Shown in pieces: positions 55,401 to 63,576 of a stretch of 64,000 nucleotides of DNA. The stretch comes from Poseidonia sp. Its GTDB lineage: Archaea; Thermoplasmatota; Poseidoniia; Poseidoniales; Poseidoniaceae. Below the pieces are notes generated by a model, which was given only the letters and a program-made list of their open reading frames with translations, did no database searches and was not told the DNA's origin. The stretch covers positions 76,087-140,086 of the forward strand of contig JASLVM010000001.1 of the NCBI GenBank assembly GCA_030741355.1. The letters run 5' to 3'. Position 1 is the first letter of the stretch. Each line of letters opens with the position of its first letter. The translations under genes were made by a program, and so were the position numbers.

Positions 55401-55608
55401 ATTCGTACGTACCCTCCACCCAATCCTGTTGTTGAGGGGTCATGTCGTCGGCGTGGTCGTAGGTGTCACAGCCGGTCCCGTCGCCCAAGCAGGCATCCAT
55501 CCCGCTTGCGCTGACGATCGGCGCAAGAAGTTGAAGCGTGAACAAGGACACCAACAGCAACGACAGTCCATGGCGAGATGCCTGCTTCCTTGGATGTTGG
55601 GAGGTCAT
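52489..55608 (-). CDS. Large (1039 aa) secreted type-I membrane protein of unknown function with a poly-basic cytoplasmic tail.
   Basis: Signal peptide ...LSLLLVSLFTLQLLAPIVSASG. C-terminal TM WVYFLIQFWVYPTIVLVLLVMYI. Tail RRRRAKKKRKKN... No recognisable catalytic motifs. Confidence 0.6.
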   Translation of the reverse strand: MTSQHPRKQASRHGLSLLLVSLFTLQLLAPIVSASGMDACLGDGTGCDTYDHADDMTPQQQDWVEGTYEFNLISTSSIELELNWAVREFERDSLGFGSGTVVGDTLEDPNGDDLDANDGAPADLIRHYFDTSDGATTVGQKLQTEVHQAIEDALESGFGTVTSLSTAYVNSFTSSGLTTTCSSDPAGDSQAEGATENNVFEPPLCFQATASVDLLASNFNLVGSENLDLERTYRGLLTMGAEINTSFDLTTKPGHKADFVINPSAYSTVKDVDANGSLVFRAGTPNYNAAKWTLDHLNAVEGDSDLVQKVDLELAHRNSSETPTVYIEPGTKAVDLNLVLDLSDEYAATIDFAAGLSYLDTETLNNWGINMFDVSSSASIPVITSDGIRLAYHNDIVDLTQFTNQFPVGEIVEGLGNTIAGVGDITMSDLQWVSVADGTGIYDSVGGLNYSHTAGCSEPVAAGQVLHYCLQGPNAMDETYPIYLQTTSQPFSMRFIDIIIAQMDEKNHSEGIDFLENVQSSDLERLMNAGFSIEALIGESFLNAIDLSGLPPADLTVEIILPNWVTTVDGTSSITLTKTVDESGSLNLSLTGIDPYDWEHEITNEDGRVLCFANQSTCVESDVKFDLSKVNFNEWSASFSVSMALEADLSIYRIGFVEGQRCVEGDDIEACGQMEALPSDLLRLIIDLSSRMENPLGTSVGLPWCEPADASDYFNDCDDDLELEATRQGMKDLAKRLGEVITDAIHGGGALLAENESNPFGEVDLSAFEIRTSISGIEAPDEVVSDDEPITLSISIPEVEFTIGSGTGWGELSETAPEDLKVSIVTSGIQSVFHRPMQMVADVFTQGLRGSVFGSDGVTYPPTNEETVTISTGLINTELPTEFDTSEVGGGVWESPIDGAAYSGPITFTLPRGIHVVDVSSSAGNVIITEDGGRQTITYIVPPGEFSDDLTFRIQIGWVYFLIQFWVYPTIVLVLLVMYIRRRRAKKKRKKNALANRQAAVNKAQLGDHEFADLAGFSSPALRHGESIEDMANIDELSR

Positions 55609-55660
55609 GGTTCAGGGCTAAGGTCGGGAACTTGAAAGCAGTTACCCTCCTGCCCTCGCC

Positions 55661-56797
55661 ATGGAGACCACCGATTTGACGATGTTTCTCGTCGTGAAAT
55701 CAGAGCACGGTGAACACGTTCACGGACTTCTCAAAAACGAAGGTTGGCTTGAGGCGGAGGTTGAAACCCGACGGAGCGATGACGGCACCGTTGGCTTTCC
55801 ATTGGCCTCGCTGTGTCCTGTTGAAGGGGTCATCAATTGGTTAAACTCCACATCGTCCCTCAAGGGCGTTGTTGAGATGCACCAAGGTGTGCGTCGCCCG
55901 ACGGTTGACCCGCATCGTCGACTCCACAAGGCGATTCAAACTTGGCTGGATGAAAACGGACTCGCTCTTGAGGCCATCACGTTGGCACCTGCCAAATGGG
56001 AGAAACTCGGAGACTTGGCCCTCTTGCCTCGCCAAGTCTCCACGACAGAGGCGTGGAAGACGGCCCGGAGTCATGAACATGCTGAGAGCTTATGGGGGGT
56101 GATGGCGGCTGCCCTGAACGTCCGTGCCATTGGGGTTCAAGCCCCCATCGCTGACGATACGTTTCGCTCATCGCAGGTCGAAATGCTCCTCGGTTCGTCT
56201 GAGGTTTGTTTTACCGACCACGGCATGACCTACACCTTCGACGCCGCCAAGGTGATGTTCTCTTCGGGCAACATCACGGAACGACGACGAATAGGCCACC
56301 TCGACATGAGCGGCGAGGTGGTGGTGGACGCTTACGCGGGGGTGGGCTACTACACCTTCCCGATGCTCGTGCATGCTGGTGCGGCTCACGTGCACGCTTG
56401 CGAAATCAATCCAGCATCGCTGGCTGGATTGAAGGCCGGTGCGGAAGCCAACGGGATTCGCCATCAGATGACCGTACACGAAGGCGACAACACCGTTTCA
56501 CTTGCTTCGCTTCAAGGTATTGCTGACCGTTGTCACCTTGGGTTGTTACCTTCGAGTGAAGCCGTTTGGGAGGCCTCGTTGTTGGCCCTCAAACCGACAG
56601 GTGGAATCCTCCATATTCACATGAACGTCGAAGAGGAAAACATCGATGATTGGGTCAAGGACACCGTCGTTCGTTTTGAACAGATGAGCCATAACCATCA
56701 GCGTGGATTCAAGGCTGAAGTGATTCATCTTGAGCGAGTGAAGTGGTTTGCACCACGGGTTCGCCATGTGGTCCTGGACCTCAGCCTTCGTCCTTGA
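55661..56797 (+). CDS. trm5: Trm5/TYW2-family tRNA methyltransferase (archaeal/eukaryotic type) with an N-terminal extension.
   Basis: SAM-MTase core VVVDAYAGVGYYTFPMLVHAGAAHVHACEINPASLAGLKAGAEANGI and upstream KVMFSSGNITERRR, as in Trm5/Taw2. Confidence 0.7.
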   Translation: METTDLTMFLVVKSEHGEHVHGLLKNEGWLEAEVETRRSDDGTVGFPLASLCPVEGVINWLNSTSSLKGVVEMHQGVRRPTVDPHRRLHKAIQTWLDENGLALEAITLAPAKWEKLGDLALLPRQVSTTEAWKTARSHEHAESLWGVMAAALNVRAIGVQAPIADDTFRSSQVEMLLGSSEVCFTDHGMTYTFDAAKVMFSSGNITERRRIGHLDMSGEVVVDAYAGVGYYTFPMLVHAGAAHVHACEINPASLAGLKAGAEANGIRHQMTVHEGDNTVSLASLQGIADRCHLGLLPSSEAVWEASLLALKPTGGILHIHMNVEEENIDDWVKDTVVRFEQMSHNHQRGFKAEVIHLERVKWFAPRVRHVVLDLSLRP

Positions 56798-57806
56798 CCT
56801 CGGTGGAGGGGTCAACCAATTCCGCCACCATCACCATCTCGGCTTGGAGGACGGTTGATTCCTCATCGTTTCGCACCAGAGGATTGTTGGTCTGCTGGCT
56901 GTAAACAGCGTAGGTGATGCCAACACCGATCAACACCACCAAGAGGGGGACGCCCACGATGAGAACGGCGTCTTGAAGCCAAGTGTTGTCACTTTGGGCC
57001 ATGGAAACCGGGTTGCGGATGGTTCCGTCGGGGTCGGCCACACCGATCATCTCCATGGAAACAATTCGGACTTCGATAAGGGGACGCCCACCGGAGGCAA
57101 GTGGATTGTCAAGGTCGGTACCCGTGGGTTCATCGCTCGTTGGTACGTCCGCAATGGCCCGAATATGTGTCATGCCGTGGCGGACGATACCAAAGGTGGC
57201 ATAACCTTCGTCGTCTCGATTCTCGGGGTCAAGTCCGTGCGCTTCGGTTTCGGCGATGTACCACTGCGAATCGGCAGAATCCGGGTCAGCACTTCGCGCC
57301 ATACCGATGGCGCCGTCCACATGGGACAGGTTCTCATTGTGCTCAAGCGGTATGGTTTCGCCCGTTCCGCCGCTTCCACAGGAAGGGCTGGTGGTCGGGT
57401 AGACGCCGATGGTCTTGCAGGTGGGGTCACCTGATTGCGTCACGAAGTCGTTGATGACTCGGTGGAAAAATACCCCGTCGTACAGGGCGGATTCAACATG
57501 AGCGATCATGTTGTCCGTGGTGATGGGAGCCCACTGCTCAAAGAGTTCGATGATCACGGTCCCTTCCACACGGTCGGCGGTCCAACCGGATTGGTAAGAC
57601 ACGTTCATTGAGATGACGGCGTTACCAGTGTAGGACGACATCATGGGTGAATCCTCGGTGGCTGGACGGTCCGTCCACTCCGCCGGGTCAAGGCCGACGC
57701 TGCGCCACATGGGCTCCTCATCATCGGCGGCGACGAACATCGACGACGTCAGCGGCAGCAAAAGCAGCACCAACACCATGGATGCGGCCTGATGCTGACG
57801 AACCAT
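56781..57806 (-). CDS. Cyclophilin-type peptidyl-prolyl isomerase, secreted and C-terminally membrane-anchored.
   Basis: FFHRVINDFVTQSGDP cyclophilin signature. N-terminal signal MVRQHQAASMVLVLLLLPLTSS. C-terminal TM AVLIVGVPLLVVLIGVGITYAVY. The start was set to the ATG at 57806. Confidence 0.7.
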   Translation of the reverse strand: MVRQHQAASMVLVLLLLPLTSSMFVAADDEEPMWRSVGLDPAEWTDRPATEDSPMMSSYTGNAVISMNVSYQSGWTADRVEGTVIIELFEQWAPITTDNMIAHVESALYDGVFFHRVINDFVTQSGDPTCKTIGVYPTTSPSCGSGGTGETIPLEHNENLSHVDGAIGMARSADPDSADSQWYIAETEAHGLDPENRDDEGYATFGIVRHGMTHIRAIADVPTSDEPTGTDLDNPLASGGRPLIEVRIVSMEMIGVADPDGTIRNPVSMAQSDNTWLQDAVLIVGVPLLVVLIGVGITYAVYSQQTNNPLVRNDEESTVLQAEMVMVAELVDPSTEVKDEG

Positions 57807-57888
57807 GCTCCGGGATGGACACCACCCCCATGAAAACACCGGCGACGAAGATTGAAACAACATCAATACCAAAAAGGAGGACGAAGAA

Positions 57889-58269
57889 GTGTGGTCCATG
57901 GACGACAATTCGACCTCCATGCCCGACCTGACGCTTGGCTACGGCTTCTTTCTCTTTGCGTGGGGTATCGTTGCTGGCTTGCTTTCAACATCCGATTCCC
58001 CGACCCGCTTCATCCCGTGTTTGCCCGGCGTGGCGTTGGTGGTCAGCGGTTGGCTTGCTAAAAGCAACCCTGAGCGACGAAAGCTCTGGATGCACGTCGC
58101 CGTTGTCGTTGGTTTGATCACTGCGCTATTGGGCACCCGATTTTTCATGGTCGCAAGCGAAGGAATTAACCTCGCCAGCGGGTCCATGCTCATGCTTTTG
58201 CTCACCGGTTCAGCCTACACCGGCCTGTGCGTTCGCTCCTTTATCCAAGCCCGGAAGGCAAGCGAGTGA
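57889..58269 (+). CDS. Small hypothetical 3-TM membrane protein.
   Basis: Hydrophobic segments LGYGFFLFAWGIVAGLL, VALVVSGWLA and HVAVVVGLITALLG. No homology was recognised. Confidence 0.35.
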   Translation: MWSMDDNSTSMPDLTLGYGFFLFAWGIVAGLLSTSDSPTRFIPCLPGVALVVSGWLAKSNPERRKLWMHVAVVVGLITALLGTRFFMVASEGINLASGSMLMLLLTGSAYTGLCVRSFIQARKASE

Positions 58270-58307
58270 AGCGTCATCCTCATGACGGGGGGGGTCGTCG
58301 TCGGCCT

Positions 58308-60173
58308 ATGGCCGAGGAATCCACGATTCTGGAGGTTGAGCTCAAGTCCACGGACAGCCGGGCTCAGCGTCAACTGAACGCTTCGGCCGGAGCGACCGTC
58401 GCCTTCTCCATCGTTTTTCTTATGATGGCCATGTATTTCGGGCCGTCGGTCAGTCAGGACGTTGGGGATACCATCGATTACGAAACAGAATGGTGGAAAA
58501 CGCCGCTTCATCTTCGCCACACCATGGATTTGCCGATGGATACCCTCCGCGGTCAACTCCCAGAAAACGGGTCTTACGACGTCCTCCCGTTCGAGGAACA
58601 CTTCGTTGAAGTGGAACTCCCCGCCAGCGAACAAGACGCCGGATTCCCGGGACCCGCCTTGATGCACGTTGCGCTTTGGCTCCCCGATGTTCCCGAGGGA
58701 ACGAAAATTCCCGTGATCATGACCATTCATCCGTACTATGACTTCGGTGGCGAAGGCGTGGCTGGAGATGACTCCTCGCCCAACACGGTCCCTGACGGCG
58801 GGGTCGGCAAGTGGGTCTACGACACCTTTGTTCCTCACGGTTATGCACTGGCGCAAGCCTCAACCTTCGGCACCGGCCAGTCAACCCACTGTCAAGACGT
58901 CAAGGGACTTGGAGAACAGACCGGTATCCAAGGCGTGGTTGACTGGTTGGGGGAGCAAGAATGGTCCAACGGAAACGTGGGCTTGATGGGCAAATCCTAT
59001 GCCGGCACGACCAACTGGGAAGCCGCTCAACAACCCTCGCCTTACCTCAAGACCATCGTTCCCATCTCGGGCTCGATTGGCGTCCAAGAAATGTTCTATA
59101 GAAACGGCTCTTCAGAGAGCAGGGCCATGCTCTACGACGCCCTTTACGAAGGCGCAACCACCGACGCCACCACCGACGATATGCGGATGTGCACCGACGA
59201 CGTCATCGGTCCGCTCAACCCGTTCTCCACTTGGGCCGGTGCCGAAGTTGGAGGCGCAGAATGGAACGATTACTGGGACGAACGTCGCCACTTGCCCGAT
59301 GTGCTTGCCAATTACCAGGGCAGCGTCTACCTCGTTTGGGGCATGCAAGACTGGAACGTTGACCCCTACCACGCTTTCCCGACCTACCAACTCATGCGGG
59401 ACGCTGGCATCAATGCTCGAGCCATCGCCGGGCAATGGGCCCACAATTATCCCGACCAACCCGACAGACACAGCGAAATGGGAAGCGGCTACGGTGCAGA
59501 AGCCTATCCCAACATGAGCCGCATGGACTGGGCCGTGGAACTCTACGGATGGTTCGACTACTATCTGAAGGACATCGGCGAGGAGCCCGAACCGATGGTG
59601 CAGATACAAACCCATAACGGAAAGTGGCACGTTGAGGAAACCTGGCCACCCGAAGACATGGAATGGTGGCCAATAACACTCGACGGCGCCGAGGGCTCCG
59701 GCGGCACGGTGAACACGAACAACCAGCGAAGCTTCACGCTGCCCCCCTTGGAAGAAGACATCCACATCTCGGGCATGCCGACCCTCCACCTCTCGGTCAA
59801 CACCTTGGCCTGTCAAGGCGGTCAAGTCTTCGCCACCATGTACGCCGACGGCCTTCGAGTGGGCCATGCCACCATGGACGTCCGCTATCGAGACGGTGGC
59901 TACGAGGCCAAAACGGCCCTGCCGTTTTCCGCTTACACCATGCTCATGGAGTTCAACCCGATGGATGTGGACCTTGACGCCGGAGCGGTGATCGAAGTCG
60001 TGATGACCGAAACCGGTGAAGATTACCTGCCAAGCCCCTGTGCGGTGGTTGGCATGAACGTGAACATTGACGCCTCCTCCACCCTAAGCCTGCCCCTCAT
60101 CGACCGGCCTGTCGACGACGACCGGTGGTTCCTTGCCCCACCTTGGTGGGAACAGCAATCGATTCCATCCTGA
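58308..60173 (+). CDS. S15-family (CocE/NonD, Xaa-Pro dipeptidyl-peptidase-like) alpha/beta hydrolase, membrane-anchored.
   Basis: Nucleophile elbow GKSYAG (GxSYxG). N-terminal signal-anchor ATVAFSIVFLMMAMYFGP. The start was set to the ATG at 58308; the ORF track used GTG at 58227, which overlaps the upstream gene. Confidence 0.7.
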   Translation: MAEESTILEVELKSTDSRAQRQLNASAGATVAFSIVFLMMAMYFGPSVSQDVGDTIDYETEWWKTPLHLRHTMDLPMDTLRGQLPENGSYDVLPFEEHFVEVELPASEQDAGFPGPALMHVALWLPDVPEGTKIPVIMTIHPYYDFGGEGVAGDDSSPNTVPDGGVGKWVYDTFVPHGYALAQASTFGTGQSTHCQDVKGLGEQTGIQGVVDWLGEQEWSNGNVGLMGKSYAGTTNWEAAQQPSPYLKTIVPISGSIGVQEMFYRNGSSESRAMLYDALYEGATTDATTDDMRMCTDDVIGPLNPFSTWAGAEVGGAEWNDYWDERRHLPDVLANYQGSVYLVWGMQDWNVDPYHAFPTYQLMRDAGINARAIAGQWAHNYPDQPDRHSEMGSGYGAEAYPNMSRMDWAVELYGWFDYYLKDIGEEPEPMVQIQTHNGKWHVEETWPPEDMEWWPITLDGAEGSGGTVNTNNQRSFTLPPLEEDIHISGMPTLHLSVNTLACQGGQVFATMYADGLRVGHATMDVRYRDGGYEAKTALPFSAYTMLMEFNPMDVDLDAGAVIEVVMTETGEDYLPSPCAVVGMNVNIDASSTLSLPLIDRPVDDDRWFLAPPWWEQQSIPS

Positions 60174-60182
60174 GGCCAAACC

Positions 60183-60536
60183 ATGCGCGTGCTGGCCTTT
60201 GAGGACCATTACGACATCGAAGCCATCCTCACGGCGGGTGGAGTGAACACGGACAACCTCATCTTTGAACAGCGATGGAATTCAATGGACGCTCTGGAAC
60301 ACATCCGAGACTTTGCGCCCGAGGTCCTGCTGCTTGACCACTACATGCCTCCGTTGAGCGGTTTTCAGGTGCTTGAGATGCTTTTGAATTCGGACATCAA
60401 GCGACCGCTTACCGTCATCGCGATGTCAAGTGCCGCAGATAAAAACGACGACATGGTTGGGCTCGGAGCCGACCGAGGCGTGGTCAAGTTTGACCTGGCT
60501 GAACTCGATGTTTGGCCAAAACAATCCTCTGCCTGA
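60183..60536 (+). CDS. Single-domain response-regulator receiver (CheY-like) protein.
   Basis: MRVLAFEDHYDIE...VLLLDHYMPPLSGFQVLEML has the phospho-acceptor Asp in an LLDxxMP context. There is no output domain. Confidence 0.6.
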   Translation: MRVLAFEDHYDIEAILTAGGVNTDNLIFEQRWNSMDALEHIRDFAPEVLLLDHYMPPLSGFQVLEMLLNSDIKRPLTVIAMSSAADKNDDMVGLGADRGVVKFDLAELDVWPKQSSA

Positions 60537-60575
60537 AGGGAAAACGGCCTAATGCGAGCACTTTGAGGAAGGCCC

Positions 60576-61511
60576 ATGGAGGATGTTATGATGCCCGAAG
60601 AGCAGGATAAGACGCTCGTATCCTTGCTGTGTGCGTTGACGATTACCGCCCTATCGGTGGCCTTCTTCTTCGTGGTTGGCGTCAACGACATGATCAGTGA
60701 AGCAGGGCGTTCTTTCCAAACCTCATCGCTGCCCATGGTGTTCATCGGCGTGTTTCGCTACGCTTGTGCCTACCTTGCTTTCCACACCATCGTGTTCTGG
60801 ATGATTCGAAACCCCGAGCCCGGCCGAATGTTCGTATTCCATCACGAAACGAGTGAAGAGGCCTTAATTCGGACCGAAGGATTTGAGCGAATCGGCACCT
60901 TTAGCAGCTGGACGCTGATGGTGTTCGGGCTTGCTTTTTTCGTCGCAGGTACGGCGACGTGGATGGCCGTCTTCAACGTCGATGTGCCGCCGATGCTCCA
61001 CACGCTGACGGTCGTGTTGATGCCCATAGCCTACGGTGCTGCGTTCATCACCGCCACCGTCGTTCGCTACGTTATCATCCCCTATGAAATCTCAATGGAA
61101 CGACCGTTTGGTACGTTCTTCAAAAACTATGAAATGGTCATGCACAACTACACCGTCATCTTTCTCGCATTGGACCTGTTCTTGGTTCAAGCACAACTCG
61201 AGTGGCAATTCGGCATTTTTCCGATTTACTTTGGCATCGCCTATGTTTTGTTTTCCTATGCCTACGCTCGGGCACCTCGAGGGTACTACATCTACTCCTT
61301 CCTTGACCCCCGCATCAAGATGGCCCCCGTGTACTTGCTGGCGCTGCTGTTCGCTTGCTGCCTGTTCTACATCGGGCTATGGGGGATGAGCATGCTCATC
61401 CACTGGAATGCGTTGCTTGGGGGCATGGCTTTGGCGTTCTGGGTCAGTCGAATCGTGTTGTTCCGCCGACAGGTGAAGGACAACCCCTATGCGTTTCAAT
61501 CCTCATCGTAA
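60576..61511 (+). CDS. Hypothetical polytopic membrane protein (about 8 TM).
   Basis: Multiple hydrophobic helices throughout. No motif was recognised. SD GAGGAAGG upstream. Confidence 0.5.
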   Translation: MEDVMMPEEQDKTLVSLLCALTITALSVAFFFVVGVNDMISEAGRSFQTSSLPMVFIGVFRYACAYLAFHTIVFWMIRNPEPGRMFVFHHETSEEALIRTEGFERIGTFSSWTLMVFGLAFFVAGTATWMAVFNVDVPPMLHTLTVVLMPIAYGAAFITATVVRYVIIPYEISMERPFGTFFKNYEMVMHNYTVIFLALDLFLVQAQLEWQFGIFPIYFGIAYVLFSYAYARAPRGYYIYSFLDPRIKMAPVYLLALLFACCLFYIGLWGMSMLIHWNALLGGMALAFWVSRIVLFRRQVKDNPYAFQSSS

Positions 61512-62245
61512 GGCTGCCACTCGGTTTGACCCTCTTCGCGATACCACCAGTAGCCGTCCTCGTCCTCGAACCATTCAACACCGTCTTCGTCAATGGAATA
61601 ATTGCCATCGTATTCCTCTTCGGGTTCTTCTTCCTCTTCTTCAGGCTGAGCCGCCGGGTTCGCCATGCCGGTTTCTTCGGCAATGCGGCGCTTGGCATCA
61701 TCAACGTCCTCTTCAGCACCGCCAAAGACTCGGTTTGAGGTTCGGATTTCGGCTTCGTGGTCGCCTTGTCGAATGGCGTTATCCGATTCTTGGTAGAATT
61801 CATCGGTCATGCGCTCTCGAAATTCTTCAAACTCTTCTCGGCCAAAGCTGCCCGTGAATTCATCGCCCTTGGCTCTCATCAAATCGTCAAGGTTGGCTCG
61901 CTTCTCCCGCTTGAGTTCAGGGGCGTTGGGGACCTCGCCATCGTAGAAGGCGTCTTCTTCGGAGCCAAGTTTACCGAACACTCGACCTTCCGGGTCGGCC
62001 TCTTCAATGGCTTCAATGATGAGATCGTGCTCTTCTTCGTCGATGTTTTCCTCTTCGTATGCATCGCCGGCTTGGTCGACCATGGCTTCGAGTTGGTTGG
62101 CGAGTTCTTCCTCGTCCTCATCGTACTGATCGACGAGCTTGTCAATCTGCTTGAGCAGGCGTTCGTAAGGCGTTCCGGTGATGGCCCCGAGGAACCGCCC
62201 AAACCCGCTCTTCTTCTTCGCCATGATGGTGCACTTGGGCCACAC
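61496..62245 (-). CDS. Highly acidic hypothetical cytoplasmic protein with a Trp-rich C-terminus.
   Basis: MAKKKSGFGRFL... then about 35% Asp+Glu. Ends ...EDEDGYWWYREEGQTEWQPYDED. Confidence 0.45.
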   Translation of the reverse strand: MWPKCTIMAKKKSGFGRFLGAITGTPYERLLKQIDKLVDQYDEDEEELANQLEAMVDQAGDAYEEENIDEEEHDLIIEAIEEADPEGRVFGKLGSEEDAFYDGEVPNAPELKREKRANLDDLMRAKGDEFTGSFGREEFEEFRERMTDEFYQESDNAIRQGDHEAEIRTSNRVFGGAEEDVDDAKRRIAEETGMANPAAQPEEEEEEPEEEYDGNYSIDEDGVEWFEDEDGYWWYREEGQTEWQPYDED

Positions 62246-62299
62246 TTCTTCAAAGATTGGCCTTCGCGGGTCTTTTGATGGTCGGGCCTATGGCGAATC

Positions 62300-63046
62300 A
62301 TGGTGGAGGCGTGGCTGGAGGACCTCATGACCTCCTACAACCGTGATTCACACGCGCAGCGAGCCGGTTATCTCGCTCAAGTCCACATGCCTGGGGAAGT
62401 GTTCCAGTCCCTTGTGTGGTGGGCCCTTCAGGCCCTTCCCGACGAAATCTTGGTCGGCATCGACATCGACGCTGAACGACCCCACCGTAAGGAGGTTGAA
62501 ACGTACTTTGAGGGCGAAGAGGTGCACTCCAACCTCTTTCAGGGACAGGGCTACCTCATCAAAGAGGCCCACATTGTCAACCGAGGTGATTCCTACTCCG
62601 TCCATCATCTCCCCGAAGACTGGACCGACGACATGTTCTCGGCAGACCGTGGCTCGCGTGCCGGTCGCTTCACGCATTGGCTCCACACGCATCCCAATGC
62701 CCCAGCGATTCCCAGCGGCCCTGATGCCGATGCGGCCCAAGAGACGAGCGGCATCGACATGATCCTCGGCCTACGTTTCTCGCCCGAGGGGCCGCTGCCG
62801 TGGTTTGACGACGTGGAGGGGACACGACGCACACTCAAATCCAGCGAGGAAAAGAAGCCCAGAAAACGCTCCTTTTTCGCACGCCACGCCCTTCCCGTCC
62901 TCGGTCGAGCGCCCAGCGGCCACGCCATTCACGAAATCCAGCTCATCGGTTTCCACAAGTCGGGCGTGGGCGTGAACATCGTCTTCGTTGACGAAGAAGG
63001 CTATCCCTTTGGATGGGACCGTGCGACGGCTCAACTGGTGGCTTGA
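62300..63046 (+). CDS. JAMM/MPN+ family metalloprotease-domain protein.
   Basis: JAMM motif HTHPNAPAIPSGPD (HxHx7Sx2D) with an upstream Glu (DEILVGID). Confidence 0.65.
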   Translation: MVEAWLEDLMTSYNRDSHAQRAGYLAQVHMPGEVFQSLVWWALQALPDEILVGIDIDAERPHRKEVETYFEGEEVHSNLFQGQGYLIKEAHIVNRGDSYSVHHLPEDWTDDMFSADRGSRAGRFTHWLHTHPNAPAIPSGPDADAAQETSGIDMILGLRFSPEGPLPWFDDVEGTRRTLKSSEEKKPRKRSFFARHALPVLGRAPSGHAIHEIQLIGFHKSGVGVNIVFVDEEGYPFGWDRATAQLVA

Positions 63047-63567
63047 ACCGCCACCAGAGCGGCATGAAGACTTTCAAGGCGGTCGGGGTTGACACCGAGG
63101 TCGCTCTGCCCAAGTCGGGAAGCGGAATACAAGGCGATGGCGGTGTCGTCGCCCTGCGGAACGAAATGAACCACCACATCGTCGGGGAAGCGCCAAAACG
63201 GCGTGATGGCGACGCGATGGGAGAAATGTTCGCCGCCCTCTTCAACGTCTTCGAAAGACCCTCGCAGGTCGTTTTCGTCCGACCAGGCCATCCAAGCGTC
63301 CCACACGTCACTGACGTTCGCCTCAATCACCGTGACCAAGGTTGCCTCCATACGCACGACTTCGTTGGGGGAGAGGAAAGCGCAGTTCATCGTTTGCTCG
63401 GGACACGACGGCATCGTCGTGTGCTCGGGGTTTGGGGCGCCGAGGACGATCCAGCCTTGAACCATGACCCAAGGGAGGAGGAGAAACAGGAGGGCGATGA
63501 ACACCGCTCGCTTCTTACCGGCCGCCTCCATGGTGGCGAGTGGAGGTTCTGCTTCTTGAGGATGCAT
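63031..63567 (-). CDS. Hypothetical secreted / N-terminally anchored protein.
   Basis: N-terminal TM AVFIALLFLLLPWVMVQGWIVLGAP. No motif was recognised. Confidence 0.4.
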   Translation of the reverse strand: MHPQEAEPPLATMEAAGKKRAVFIALLFLLLPWVMVQGWIVLGAPNPEHTTMPSCPEQTMNCAFLSPNEVVRMEATLVTVIEANVSDVWDAWMAWSDENDLRGSFEDVEEGGEHFSHRVAITPFWRFPDDVVVHFVPQGDDTAIALYSASRLGQSDLGVNPDRLESLHAALVAVQATS

Positions 63568-63576
63568 CCCCCAACC

